Shown: positions 21,898-33,977 of the stretch, in pieces
How positions within the stretch are numbered: position 1 is the first letter of the stretch
Layout: each line of letters opens with the position of its first letter
IMG/VR virus record: IMGVR_UViG_3300045988_152007
Coordinates: 1-60,474 of that record
Source: a virus
Reading direction: 5' to 3' (one strand)
DNA: 60,474 nt
Translations under genes and position numbers: made by a program
The notes under the pieces: generated by a model
The model's database searches: none
Seen by the model: the letters and a program-made list of their open reading frames with translations, nothing else
What the model was told of the DNA's origin: nothing

Positions 21898-22890
21898 TTA
21901 ACTCCAAGCAACAGGTACGATAGTCCAAGTTCCAGTTTTAGATGTACGATATTTAAAAGTACCAGATGAAGATGTGTCAATCCATAATAAAGGTGCTGTG
22001 CCTGACGCGGGAGTAGATGAGCCAATATAGATTGGAAAAGTAGTAGCTGTACCAACTATTGAAGGTTTACTATCATCTACATATTTTTTTGTAGCAACAT
22101 CTCCGTTTGCTGAAGGAGTATAAGTACTATACATAGTAATCTTACTATCAGCAGCCATTGTGTTTGTTTTATTTAAAAACATAATATTGGAAGTATCCGA
22201 TGGTAATGTGGCAACTAAATCATTAATTTCTTTAAGAGTCTTTTCTTTCACAGTATTTATTTCATTAATTGATGAAGTTTTTATAGCTTGTATTTGTTTA
22301 ATTGCATCTTCTGCTTCTTTACCAAAATCAATTGCTGCAGCTCCTTCTATACCCATTACAGTAAGATAATCACCAGCTTCGGCTGTGAATCCAGCAAGTG
22401 TAATTACTTTACTAGATACTGTATAGTTATCTATCTCCCTCATCATTATACCATTATAATAAACAGTAAGTGCGCTACTGTCTTCAAAATCAAATGGAAT
22501 AGTAAATGTAGACTAACCTGCTGTTGCAGTAAATGTAAATCTATTTACTATATGGTCATTAGCGGCAACCTAGTCATCTACATATTTTTTATTTGCGGCT
22601 TCTGTATCGGCTGTTGGAGTTTTTAAATTAGTAATTGTTTTATTATTAATATTAATATTACCAGTCATAGTACCACCAGCAAGAGGTAAATATTTTCCAT
22701 TTATAGTATCTAAGTCATTAATAAAAACCAGATTTCCTACTTTAGTAGCTCCATCACCTATTTTTATTTTCTTTAAATCATCATATATAATAATTTCGCC
22801 TTTTAAGGGGACAAAATTAGTTGCTTTATCCCAATTAGCTTTTGTATCATGCTTCTAAATCATACGGCCTTGGAATGTATTATTTGCCAT
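21898..22890 (-). CDS. tail fibre protein with HylP-type N-terminal domain, 3 in-frame TAG
   Basis: 993 nt in frame; TAG codons at 22513, 22570 and 22855; GGAGGA precedes ATG 22888-22890. Confidence 0.65.
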
Positions 22891-23035
22891 TATATTTCCT
22901 CCTTAAACAAAAATATAGGGAAATAAATATTTTGAAAATAGTTCAAGATATTTATTTCCCTATATTAAATATCTTTCTCAATCATCTATTTTCAAAAGAG
23001 TAAAGATTATAATAAATAAGTTATCAATTTCAAAC

Positions 23036-24178
23036 TTATCCTGTCCATTTAGTCCAAACAGCTGAATTAGTATTTTTTACATAAATAAATCCATCACTAA
23101 TACCAATTGTACTATTATCTATTTTTACACCGCCAAGAGTAGAGGTTGAAGCAGTTGGTAATGTGTATTCAGATATGTCTGTTTTTAAAGCATATTTAGA
23201 TAAATCTGGTTTATTTAATAAATCAGCATAATTACCTGACTAGCTACTAGATGGTAAACTATTTATAATAGCTCGACACATCGCATCTTTGCTGATTGCT
23301 TCTAAAGTAGTAGGTTTTTCTACTATCTTAGACCATAAGATATTTGCATCAGCTATAATTTCTCCTGTTGCATATAATTTACCATTTTCATCAATACCGA
23401 TACCAGTTCCGCCGCCCATAACTACACCTAATGTATTTTCACTAGCTATTGGAGCATGATAATTATTCATGACATCATTTATATACGTTTTAGCCTTTTT
23501 TAAAGTTTCATTATCCTAATTATTTACATAATTAAATAATCCTTGAAATGTATTAGGTCCTTTAATTGTTCCATCTTCTTGTAACCATCTTAATAAATCA
23601 CCTGTTGGCTTTTCTTTGGTAAATTTAATTATATTATAAGCCTAATTTTCCCAAGATATTTCTTTATAATTAATAGCAGAATTATCTTGAGGACTATGAC
23701 CAACACAAGTGGTATCATAATATAACATATCTTCAAGAATAATACCATCTTTCTTGGGCTAAGTATTTTTTTTATATTCTATAGAAGAATAAGTTATTCC
23801 ATTAGAAACAAATTCAATATTACTTTTAAAATAGAAAGATGGGGCTTTATGAATAATCCAGGTTTCACTTAAATCATTTTCTTCATTACCATTAAATTTT
23901 GCTTCTAACATTTTAGTATGATTTTTTAAATCATCTAATGTTACACATTTTAGTTCTACAAATTTATTATTTACTTCTTCAGATAAATTTTTTTCTGTTA
24001 AAATCTTAGGTTTATCATTTAAATCATTGTAGCTTGTAACTATATCTTTCTAATAAGCTATTCCGCCATTAAGTCTAATATCAGATAATAAATTTTGTAA
24101 TTCTTCTACTGTTAATTTAACGACATATTTATCACTTATATTAGGAAACTATAATGATTTTAATTGTTTATCTGCCAA
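23036..24178 (-). CDS. hypothetical tail-associated protein (380 aa), TTG start, 5 in-frame TAG
   Basis: 1143 nt in frame; AGGAGG 8 nt before TTG; contains ORF 23240..23470. Confidence 0.5.
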
Positions 24179-24297
24179 TGAAAGTTCCTCCTTTCAATGT
24201 TTCTTATTCTAAAATTATATAAAAAATAAAAATATCAAATTATTTAAATTAGTCCAGATAAAAAAAAAATAAAGACTCCAAAATGGAGTCTTTATTA

Positions 24298-24639
24298 TTA
24301 TATATTTACAGTTGAAGAACCGCAATCAAAAATTACATAGTTGGCATCAGGGTTAGCGCCTATTTCATCAAGGGTATAGGATGGCTTTGTAGGTGCCTTA
24401 GCCCATGCCGGGACATCTGCTCCAAGCCCTGCTCCCCAAGGTAGTTTTTCCCATGTGGTCGTACCATCACCAACTTTAAATAATACAGTAGGAGCTGTGG
24501 TTGTTGTACCAGATGTAAGTGCTGGTACATAACAAAATCCCACTTCACCGGCAAGTAAAACTTTTGATTTGTTTGCAGTCCAATTAGCAAGTGTATCGTA
24601 TTTTGACTTAATACGAATATTTAAAGTTTTATCAGCCAT
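24298..24639 (-). CDS. small HylP-N-domain protein (113 aa)
   Basis: ORF track; motif DTLANW...GE.G... Confidence 0.6.
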   Translation of the reverse strand: MADKTLNIRIKSKYDTLANWTANKSKVLLAGEVGFCYVPALTSGTTTTAPTVLFKVGDGTTTWEKLPWGAGLGADVPAWAKAPTKPSYTLDEIGANPDANYVIFDCGSSTVNI

Positions 24640-24740
24640 TCCAATCCTCCTAATGGAAAGGGGAGATTTCTCTCCCCTTATAATTTATTAAATCAAAGCG
24701 TATTAGCGTTACCACCATCAAGGATAAGAGTATCAGCACC

Positions 24741-27326
24741 CTATTTAAGAAGATCAGTAGAAACTGCCTTCACGCTAAGAGTATGATTAGCATTATTCTC
24801 AATAGAAGTGCCATCACCCTTATAGCTTTCAAGAGCTATTGTCTTCTTAGTAGGAGTCTGTTCTGTACCATTAACTGTAATCTTTTCAATTACGTTAACT
24901 TGAGCGCCTTCTGCAATACCATCAAGTTTAGTAATCTTGGTATCAGCAATTAAGCTCTTACCAGTTTCTTTCTTGACAACATCAGCATCTTTTGCATACT
25001 GAGTAATATTAAGGGTATCAATAGCATCTTTAACAGTTTTCGCTACAGAACCTTCAACAGTGTCAGCGCCTTCAAGAGTAGTAAGACGAGTAGCTAAACC
25101 ACTTTCAATACCTGTCGCACGACTGGTTTCATCGGTAATTGCAGTATTAAGTTTTGTTTCTTCGGCCTTAGCACGAGCAGCTTCATCTTCAACTGCTTTC
25201 TTATTAGCTGCAATATCTTTAACCATTTGATCAGCAGCAGAGCCATGCGTGCTAATGTAAGTCTGAATTTCTTTTAAGGTATCAACAGCAGCATCGCCGA
25301 CTTCTGCAGCTGCAAGGAAGGTGTCAACACGAGATTTAACATCAGCAACTGCAGTAGCATTTGCTTGTTCTTTACCTTCTGCACGCTTCTGTTCAACAGC
25401 AACAGCATCCTTAACTGTCTTAGCCACAGAGCCTTCAACAGTATCAGCACCATTTAACTTAGTAATAGCATCAGCATTAGCTTTGATACTTGCCTTAACA
25501 GTGCTATCATCATAAGTAGCAGCCTTTTGAGCATCAGCAATCATCTAAACAATTGTCTTGTCTGCTGAAACAGTGCCAACTTTATCGCTTAATGCATTAA
25601 CAGAAGTCTGAGCCTCAGTGCCCGCTTTCTTTGCATCAGCAACAGCCGTATCAACTTCAGTCTTAACAGCATAGCCCTTAGCTTCGACTTCTTTCATTGT
25701 AGCCTTGGAAGCAGCAAGTTCATAAGCTTCTTTTACAGTGCCAGTATGTTCTTCACCAAGAATAGCAGTCTTAGCAGTTGCAATTTTAGTATCAGCATTA
25801 GTGCCTGCGGTATTAATAGCTTCGGTCTTAGCTGTATCAATTGCACCACTTACGCTATCAACATCAACCTTACCTTCAAGAGCGGCAACTTTTTTACCAA
25901 TGGCAGAAGTATCGCCAACTAAACCATCAGCATAAGTTTTAGCAGAAGCAAGAGTAGTCTTACCGACTTCATCTGCATACATCTTTGCGCCATGGATAGT
26001 ATTGCTATCCTTAGTATCAATATCAGTCTTACCATCTTTGCCGCCAAGAGTATGGATTAAATTATCAACAGCAGTATTAACAGTGCTTTCAGTAGCAACT
26101 TTGTTAGTGCCAGCATTATAAGTACCCTCAAATGTTAAATTATTCTGCTTAGCATCGAGAGCATCCTGAAGACCATCAATCTTGGAAATACCAAGAGTAG
26201 GAATGTCAGAAACAGCAAGATTCTCACCTTTAGTTACAAGACCTTTAGCATCATAAGTAACTTTAGTAGCAGTACCAGCGGTAATATCTTTATTGGCAAC
26301 GACAGCCGCATCAGCCGTTTTTTTCACAGCAGCAATAGCAGTTGCATTATCGCTATCAGCTTGATCAAGAGCTGTCATCTTAGTATCATAAGCAGATTGA
26401 TCAACAAAATTACCCGCATCTTGCTTTGCATTCCACTTAGCGATATCTTCAGCAGTAATACCAGCCGCAGGAAGATTTTCAACTACGCTAACACGTCCGG
26501 CGAGAGTAGTTAAATCAGCAGCCTTAGCATAATCGCCAATTTTGAGAGCCTTAATGGCGCCATCAATATAAGCCTTTACTTCAGGAGATTCGCCTTCAGC
26601 AGTACCAAATCCTTTAAGGATAGCTTTTAATTTATTAATATCACCAGTTAAACCATTAACAACTTCTGGATGCTTTGCGACCCAGTCAACTAATTCTTTG
26701 AAGGTATCAATAGTGCCATTATCAGTAGCCTTGGTAGCAAATGCATCAATAGCATCATTAACAGCCTTCGCGACTGAACCTTCACCAGTGCCTTTCAGAA
26801 CACCAATAGCATCTTCATTAGTCTTAATACGCTTACGAAGACCAGTAGTATCATCAGCACCAACAACAGTTTCAAGGGCATCTACATCAGCCTGTGCTGC
26901 AACAGCTTTATCATCAGCAGTCTTTGCATTAGTGACGCCTTTATCTGCTTGCTTTTGGGCAGCTTCAATTAATGCATATAAACCAGTTGCTGCGGTTTCG
27001 CCTTCCTTAGCTGCACCGACCTTCTCAATAAGAGAAGCAACTTTACCTTGTAATGTAGAGACATCAGAAGCAAGGTCACCAGAAGCAGTAGTAGAAGCAA
27101 GCTTAACAAGAGTGCCAGCTGCATTACTGATCATGTAAGCTTCGCACTTATTATCTACAACTAAAGTTAAAATCTGACCGACATAAGCTATAGCGCCAGA
27201 TTTAGCATAAGTTTCTAATTCTGTTTTATTATACCATACAGCGGTAGTATCAACAGGAGCAGGATTACCACGCTTAATAGACAGCGGGAAACCCATATAA
27301 GCAGCATTATTTAAAATAGTAGCCAT
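24741..27326 (-). CDS. Ala/Thr/Lys-rich repeat fibre protein (861 aa) with an in-frame TAG at 25545-25547
   Basis: ORFs 25545..27326 and 24741..25544 abut with no gap in the same frame; the GADTVEGSVAKTVKDA repeats occur on both sides of the TAG. Confidence 0.7.
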
Positions 27327-27349
27327 ATTATATTATTCCTCCTTCAAAA

Positions 27350-28570
27350 TTAACCAATCGTAACGCTATATGTTTCACCAGCGTCAATAGAAGCAGGTTG
27401 ATAGACATATACATCATAAGGAGCTGCAGCATAGCTTTCAGCACCTTCAACACTAACAGTAGTGCCTTGTTTAACAAATAGAGCTGTAACATCAGCATTA
27501 AGAGCACTTGGCATAAAAACCTTCGTAATCTTACGACCAGCAGGAACTGCAACGATAACTTTCTTTGCGCCAGCTCCAGCACCAAATGCGCCTAATGTAC
27601 CAGCGCCCTAAGCTTGTTTATGAGCAAGAGCACGAACATTAGCAGAGTTAAGTCCAGCATCAGAAGTCATAGGACCCCAGAACATATAACGAACACCCTG
27701 AAGAATATTACTATCCTTAGAAGCAGAGCCTGCTGCAATTTTACCCGCAGGATAAGGATTGCCCAAATTGGTTACTGGAATAGATCCTTCATTATAAGTT
27801 GCTTTAGCTGTAATCTTCTTAGCAGTAGCTTCAGCAACAACATTTTCAAAAGTACCTGTTGCAGTTGTTTTCTTTTCGGTTACACCAGTGCAACTAACTT
27901 CCCAAGTCTAAGCCGCAATACCAGTAGCTGGACCATAGGTATAACTACCAGTAGATAGAGCTGCTGTATATGTTAGATTCTTTTTAGTACCAATCTCAAA
28001 TGTACCAAAGCCGCCCTGTGCGCTGAAGCTAACAGCAGGATTGGACTTAGTGGGATTAGCCTCTTGAGCCATTAGGCTAGAAAGCACCTGTTCGACATTC
28101 TTACCTTTCGCCGCAAATTTAGCAGAACCCGAAGGCTTAGAAAGAGTACCAATAGCAACGGTATAAGTAATGTCATCATCAAAATAAACATTGTCAGCGC
28201 GATAATTGCCATCCATAGCTTTCCAAGTACCATCATATACATAAGCAGTATAAGAAATCTTATCGCCAGTAATAACACGCTTTACAATAGCAGTATCGCC
28301 ATTATGAAGTTCTGCAGAAGCTACAACACGAGTAATAGCCTGAACATCAGTTTCCTCACCTGCTGGAATAGCTTCGAAATTTTTAGCTTCATCACCGCCA
28401 ACAAAGGTTAAGTTTTCAAGAGTGGATTCACCATCACCAATCTTCATTTTATGAAGATCACTATCATAGACAATTTCACCACGAAGGGGAACTTTATCTT
28501 TCTTCGCCGCAAGATTGGCAGTAGTATCATTTAATACTTGAATACGAGTATTAAGAGTTTTATCAGCCAT
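27350..28570 (-). CDS. tail fibre with HylP-type N-terminal domain (406 aa), in-frame TAGs
   Basis: ORF 27908..28570 ends in TAG and the frame continues to TAA ~27350. Confidence 0.55.
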
Positions 28571-28742
28571 AAATCATTTTCCTCCTATAAAATTAATTAA
28601 GAGTATTTGCGTCACCGCCATTGAGGATATCATAACTATCTTCTCCATATTGAATAGGTACAAGATCATTATTTACATCTACAATATAAGGCAACCATTT
28701 ATTATTCTAAAAAATAGATACAATTTGACCAACACAATTATG

Positions 28743-29108
28743 CTAGGTAATATAGTTAATTGCATCTACTAAAGAATTGAAAGAATTTTGTGCTGGAGAG
28801 GAAGTTTCTGTAGTTGTCCATTTACCATCGTAAATATATAATTTACCATTATAAATACACATTTCTCCATCCTCAGCGGTAGCTGGAAGTGTATCAACTG
28901 TGCCTAAAAATTCCATTACATTATCAGGAAGATCAATTGTACCACTTTCGCCACCAATATATGGTAAATCATTCCATAAGGTTTTACCATCACCAATTTT
29001 CAGTTTATGAGTGTCTAATTCAAATCCAGGCTCGCCATCCTTAAGCAATAAGTTTTTTTCGCGCCATGTAATTGATCGACCTCTTTTGAACTTGATGATA
29101 TCAGCCAT
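28743..29108 (-). CDS. small HylP-N-domain protein (121 aa)
   Basis: ORF track; KRG...W...GE.G.ELDT..LKIGDG motif. Confidence 0.6.
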   Translation of the reverse strand: MADIIKFKRGRSITWREKNLLLKDGEPGFELDTHKLKIGDGKTLWNDLPYIGGESGTIDLPDNVMEFLGTVDTLPATAEDGEMCIYNGKLYIYDGKWTTTETSSPAQNSFNSLVDAINYIT

Positions 29109-29123
29109 AGATTATTCCTCCTT

Positions 29124-30185
29124 CTAGACAGTATAGAAGCCATTGACAAGTACTTGTCTATAGCCAGGAGCTAGATAAGAAGGATCTAATTCTCTATTAA
29201 AACGACCACCACTAATTTCAATACGAGGGTCGCCCTCAACCTTGAAATTCTTATCTTGTGCAGTAATAAATGTACCACCGCTAATATATGTATTTTGAGG
29301 ATTTAAATCTTCACTTAATTTACGAAGATAAAAATTATATTCGCCTTGACTTGGCTTACTATTTTCAAAATACCCATCAGTGATAGTTATTGACTTACCA
29401 TTAGCAAGAATAGTATTATAGAATGTGCCGCCATTAATATTTAAAACAGCATTATCATCATTTTTTATAGCATATAAGCCGCCAGCGAATGTACCATCAT
29501 TAATAGTTAATGTAGGCATTTCAGCATTTTGGCCTTGAACATAGCCATTAGTAGTATTACCAGCGTGATAATCCCAATAGCCATTTTCAATCATGCTAGA
29601 AAATTCGCCACCACTCATAAACATGCCGCCATTGATTGTCATAGTGCCATGATTAACAGCAGTATAATAACCATTACCTGCTACATCAGTAGTACGTTGT
29701 AATTTACCATTATTAATAGTAATATTACCATTATTAAAAACTGCGGCATTTTCATTCTTATTACATTCAATAGTACCTTGGCCCTTAATAGTTAAATCGC
29801 CGTTTGCTTTGATATCTATTGGCGTTTTTTCATTATTAATAATATCATTACCATTTAATTCAATAGTCAATGCTTTATCAATAGAAACACTGTTATCAAA
29901 GTTAGCATTAAGACGAATTGTACTTCCTGCTGGAGCTTTCATAAATGCCACATCAATAGATTGATAAGGCACACCATCTACAACCGCAGGATTATCAGTG
30001 TATTCTTGAACATTAACAACTTTAGTTCCGCCTACATAAGATAGTTCATTCCAAGGGGTTGAACCATCGCCGACTTTAATCTAATGTGTATCAAGTTCTA
30101 CGCCGATTTCACCAGCTGCAAGAATTATATTCTTTTTAGACCAGCTAGTTGATTTACCGCGTCTTAATTTAATAATTTCAGCCAT
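29124..30185 (-). CDS. tailspike with HylP-type N-terminus and beta-helix (pectate-lyase-like) repeats, one in-frame TAG
   Basis: 1062 nt in frame; NGG/ING repeat pattern; N-terminus MAEIIKLRRGKSTSW... Confidence 0.6.
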
Positions 30186-30197
30186 CTCGTGTTCTCC

Positions 30198-30311
30198 TTT
30201 CTTTAATCATCATCTATAGAGCCGCCATCCCAGCCGCCCGTTGACTTGGAAGTATCTTCTTTATCAATGTCGCCGCCATCTTTGCCGCCCTTATATGAAA
30301 GAATAAACATT
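30198..30311 (-). CDS. small Gly/Asp-rich peptide (37 aa)
   Basis: ATG after AAGGAGAAGGA; unusually GC-rich codons. Confidence 0.25.
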
Positions 30312-30473
30312 TTCATATTGTCCTTCTCCTTTCATATTTAAAATTATTTTATATTGCTCTATACCTGTTGGACCGAAAATTTCTTAAATGGAATTTTAAT
30401 TCAAGCATTCGGTTTTAATGGTCCAAGTCGGCCCGAACCCCTATAACCTACTGTCTTTAAAATATATAAAAAA

Positions 30474-30508
30474 AAAGATGGACTGATTAATCTAATCAGT
30501 CCATCTTT
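30474..30508. terminator. perfect 16-bp hairpin AAAGATGGACTGATTA-ATC-TAATCAGTCCATCTTT
   Basis: Seen directly in the sequence; lies between the structural module and the tRNA array. Confidence 0.5.
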
Positions 30509-30547
30509 ACAGAAAGGATGAAATGCAATGAACGAATTTGAAACGAG

Positions 30548-30636
30548 TGGCGCGGAACTGAGGTGTCGATCCCCATCCCTATCACAGGACCACTTGTTTT
30601 CAAGACAAGGCTTACCGCCGGGTAAGTTAATTCCGC
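30548..30636 (-). tRNA. unusual type II tRNA, anticodon UGA (Ser), with Sec-like/allo-tRNA-like architecture (8-bp acceptor possible, 6-bp D-stem with 4-nt loop)
   Basis: D-stem CTTACC/GGTAAG with loop CGGC; anticodon stem CTTGT/ACAAG; loop CTTGAAA; long V-arm; G73; CCA. Confidence 0.45.
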
Positions 30637-31039
30637 ATATCATAATTGGCTATAGACCCTTAACTATCTATGATTTAAATACGCCACAATTACCATGAAG
30701 CTTAGCGATACCAATTATTTTAAAAAACAAGACTCATTGAAAAGCCAAAATAAAAACGCGGAATTTAGCTTACTAAACCAGCTAAAAAGAAAAAACTTTT
30801 CAAAATATACTTTATTTTCTTTATTATACTTTTTCATCTATTATTTGATAAGTAAGTATTGTAGAGCCTTTGTAGGCAAAAGTTTGCTGAAAATGAGTCT
30901 TAATATATGAGGGGTGGAAAAGAATACCTTGTTGTCTTTGCCCTCGACAAGGTTTAACCGTATTATACGAAAGTAGGGTTATGTTAATGTAAGATTAGTT
31001 TAAACATCATCGCCACGGGAAGGCTCTTACTTGATGACG

Positions 31040-31124
31040 CATAGGAGCAAGGGATTCGAACCCTGGATGTGTAGCTACAATTAGTTTTGGAGACTAACCC
31101 AATCGACCACTCTGGCACTCCTAC
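31040..31124 (-). tRNA. unusual tRNA with anticodon CCA and a long (15-nt) variable arm
   Basis: Acceptor GTAGGAG/CTCCTAT, D-arm CCAG-AGTGGTCGA-TTGG, anticodon arm TTAGT-CTCCAAA-ACTAA, V-arm TTGTAGCTACACATC, T-loop TTCGAAT. Confidence 0.45.
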
Positions 31125-31139
31125 ATATAATTATGTAAA

Positions 31140-31748
31140 TTAAATATATTTCCAAAAATATCCTTTACAACTTTTTCTTGTACCTTTATATACATCAGCA
31201 ATATGGTGAGTATTTCCATTTTCTTTCTCAGCTTCTGTTATTGAAGGATAAATTTTTAATATTTTATTAGTTTTTATATCAACCATAGCAACTGGCTTAT
31301 ATAAAGTTTGAATTCTTCTAATATCTCGTTCTTGTGGAGTTACCCCATGATTATCTAATGCTACTTTAATAGTATGATCATCATAATGAGTAATTTCATG
31401 AATTTGTTTATAATTATTACCTTGATTATATAAAGAATATATTAAATCATAATCTGCATAACGTTTTCCATCTCCACCAATCGTAGCATTATATCCATAT
31501 TTAAAAGATCCTAATTTTTCAATCCAATATTTTTCTCTTTCTTCTGGATCATTAGTTTCTTCAATAAGTTTAATATGAAAATGTTCTATTCCATATTTTC
31601 TCATTGCTGCATACAAAGGACGTTTTTCATTTCTTTCTCGAAAAGCATCATTACAATGTTTTTTAAAACGATTTTCAATAGAAGATTCAGTTTTACCAAT
31701 ATAAATTTTTTCATTTATGTCATTTGTTATCTAATAAATGTATGCCAT
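31140..31748 (-). CDS. GIY-YIG homing endonuclease with an in-frame TAG
   Basis: MAYIYQITNDINEKIYIGKT N-terminus joined to ORF 31140..31616. Confidence 0.7.
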
Positions 31749-31838
31749 AATTAAATAGCTCCTTTTCATTATATTATAAGGATTAGTTTAAATAGTATCA
31801 CCACGAAAAGGTCCCTTATATGATACCGCGGAATCGCC

Positions 31839-31922
31839 GCGACTCGAACGCGGACTACCTAAGAGGTAGGATGGATTAGCAATCCATTGGAATACCATTA
31901 TCCCACGACTCCAAATATAAAA
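31839..31922 (-). tRNA. tRNA-Ser(GCT), type II
   Basis: Acceptor GGAGTCG/CGATTCC, 3-bp D-stem, loop TTGCTAA, 17-nt V-arm, T-arm CCGCG-TTCGAGT-CGCGG, G73. Confidence 0.65.
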
Positions 31923-32071
31923 AAATAGATAGTAAAAAACAAGCATTGCGCCAAGGCGTAAAAACTCTATCTATTGTATAGTTTTTGTTCCTTACATATT
32001 TAAATATATAAGAAAGGATTACCGGTAGCCTGCCGCCTAATGACAGGATTTCCTATAACCGGACTTTATAT

Positions 32072-32257
32072 TCACACCGTGGCCTCGGTGGAACGAACTT
32101 TTACAAAATGTTCAGCCTGATATTTTGACATCCAAATTAAAGTGCCATCATAAAATCTGAAAAGATAAGTCATAAAATTATCCTTATTATCAGCCTTGCG
32201 GCACTTACCCTTACCATATCTCTTGCACCAGACCTTGTCTCCTGGATTAAACTTCAT
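32072..32257 (-). CDS. small hypothetical protein (61 aa)
   Basis: ORF track. Confidence 0.4.
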   Translation of the reverse strand: MKFNPGDKVWCKRYGKGKCRKADNKDNFMTYLFRFYDGTLIWMSKYQAEHFVKVRSTEATV

Positions 32258-32384
32258 TATTTTCTCCTTAACAATTTTAACAAAGCCCTAAAATCATTTG
32301 CTGGATTTGAACCAACTCTAAAAAATTTTTGCAGAATTTCTTATTTATCCTATTAAAAGTTGCTGTATGGGCTTTTCATATAAA

Positions 32385-33035
32385 TCATATATATTTCCAG
32401 ATATAACCATATGCTGTTTTACGTTTTCCATTTGCACATTCAGCAATATGACTTCTAACTCCAGAATTATAATTTAGACATTTTTTATTTTCAAAACACC
32501 ATTGTCCAGCTTCTGCTACAGAATCAAAAGTATTAATTAATATTCCATTTTTATTATATTGCCTAATACTTTTGGATTTTTCTTTTTTCATCTATTCATT
32601 ACTTTGATTAATTATCTAAATTTGGTGTTCTTTAGCTATCTATTGAACTAAATCACAACTACAATTAAATAATTTAGCTATTTCAATTGGACGTGGATTT
32701 ATTCTTAATGCTTCTAAAATTTTTTGATGGTCATATTTTATCTTGCCATCTCCTCCTTTAGTAGCATTATATCCATATTTAAAAGAGTTTAATTTCTCAA
32801 TCCAATAAATTTCTTTTTCGCTAGCTTCTTCAGCAGAACATTCTTCTAATTCCTTAATAGAAAAATTTTCTGGACCATATTTATTTATTGCGTTATATAA
32901 AGGACGTTTTTCATATTTAGATTTTTTATAATCTCTTAAATATTCTTTCCAACGTTCCTAAATATTATTTTTTAATGTTTTACCAACATAAATTTTTCCA
33001 TTAATATTATTTGTTATCTAATAAATATAAGCCAT
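32385..33035 (-). CDS. GIY-YIG homing endonuclease (216 aa) with 5 in-frame TAG
   Basis: 651 nt in frame from ATG 33033-33035 to the stop of ORF 32385..32591; N-terminus MAYIYQITNNINGKIYVGKT. Confidence 0.7.
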
Positions 33036-33161
33036 AATTATTATCTCCTCCATAATATTATGGAAATTTTGGTTGCAAAATTAATTTTCCGCGACCAAAA
33101 ATTTTTTAATCAATTAGCATTACCCAAGATACGCCCCGTGGAGGCTTGATTAATGTATCTC

Positions 33162-33234
33162 TTGCGGGAGTGGGATTCGAACCCACGATAACCAGTTTAT
33201 GAGGCTGGTGTCTTAACCACTTGACGATCCCGCA
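33162..33234 (-). tRNA. tRNA-Met/Ile2(CAT)
   Basis: Acceptor TGCGGGA/TCCCGCA, D-arm GTCAAGTGGTTAAGAC, loop CTCATAA, T-loop TTCGAAT, A73. Confidence 0.7.
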
Positions 33235-33289
33235 ATATTAACAAGACAATTTTTATACGTTGCGCTACCAATTACGCTATATCTGATCT

Positions 33290-33440
33290 TCGACCAGACA
33301 GTAGGACTCGAACCTACAACACACGGCTCCCAAAGCAAATTTATAATTGCTGTATTGTCTTTCATAAATGGTGGAGCCAGAGGGAATCGCACCCTCGACT
33401 TTGAATTAAATTCAACGTTTTCCTACCATAAACTATGTCC
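33290..33440 (-). other. two tandem degenerate tRNA-like elements (T-arm plus acceptor 3' strand; one has anticodon-like loop ATTTAAT)
   Basis: T-loops TTCGAGT and TGCGATT with flanking stems but imperfect or absent 5' acceptor strands. Confidence 0.25.
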
Positions 33441-33542
33441 CCAAATATGATGGTTATAAAACTTAATCTAATGCAGGCATCAGATTAATAGAACGCTCTA
33501 TCAAGTTCTATGTTTCAAAATCGCTTATATCGGGAAAGCGAA

Positions 33543-33618
33543 TGGCGATGCTGATGGGTCCTGACCCCATGACCTCCAGCGTGACAGGCTGGCATTCTTC
33601 CAACTAAACTACAGCACC
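33543..33618 (-). tRNA. tRNA-Asp(GTC)
   Basis: Acceptor GGTGCTG/CAGCATC, loop CTGTCAC, G73, CCA; unusual T-loop GTCAGGA. Confidence 0.6.
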
Positions 33619-33623
33619 ATAAA

Positions 33624-33700
33624 TGGTCAGCGCAAGGGGGATCGAACCCCTACATTCTACCTTGAAAGGGTAGTGACTATACCTATTTGTCTATGCGCCG
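33624..33700 (-). tRNA. tRNA-Glu(TTC)
   Basis: Acceptor CGGCGCA/TGCGCTG, loop CTTTCAA, T-arm AGGGG-TTCGATC-CCCCT, A73, CCA. Confidence 0.65.
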
Positions 33701-33705
33701 ATTTA

Positions 33706-33870
33706 TTCATCAGAAATCATTTTTTCAGATTTCTCTTTTTCTTTCGCCCTATCATATTCCATACCCTTACCTTTCTTGGCAGGCACAATAGATCTACGAC
33801 GACGAAACAGAAGATACTCGTTCAACTCTGTATTATCCATTTTAATTGCAGGTTTTTTAGTAGTTGCCAT
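33706..33870 (-). CDS. small basic protein (~55 aa, MATTKKPAIK...)
   Basis: ATG ~33870 after AGGAGAT; sits between a promoter and tRNA-Glu. Confidence 0.35.
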
Positions 33871-33900
33871 TTCAAATATCTCCTTTATTATTATATATAT

Positions 33901-33929
33901 ATTATATAATATTTTTTTTAAATTTTCAA
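33901..33929 (-). promoter_or_regulatory. sigma70-type promoter TTGAAA-N17-TATAAT (minus strand)
   Basis: Motif family member. Confidence 0.6.
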
Positions 33930-33977
33930 ATTTATTGGTGCAGGATATTGGATTCGAACCAATGACCTCTTGGATTA

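Noticed and set aside
27328-27585. Minus-strand ORF 27328..27585 (Leu-rich 85 aa)
   Set aside because: It is an alternative frame overlapping the C-terminal part of tail-fibre gene 27350..28570, with a low-complexity L/V/M composition.
30401-30643. ORF 30401..30643
   Set aside because: It overlaps the Sec-like tRNA gene (30548..30636) and a terminator hairpin, and has no RBS.
32270-32380. T-arm-like GTTGG-TTCAAAT-CCAGC flanked by AAAGCCC / GGGCTTT
   Set aside because: The flanking repeat is too far from the T-arm and there is no D-arm or anticodon arm. It is treated as a hairpin or tRNA relic only.
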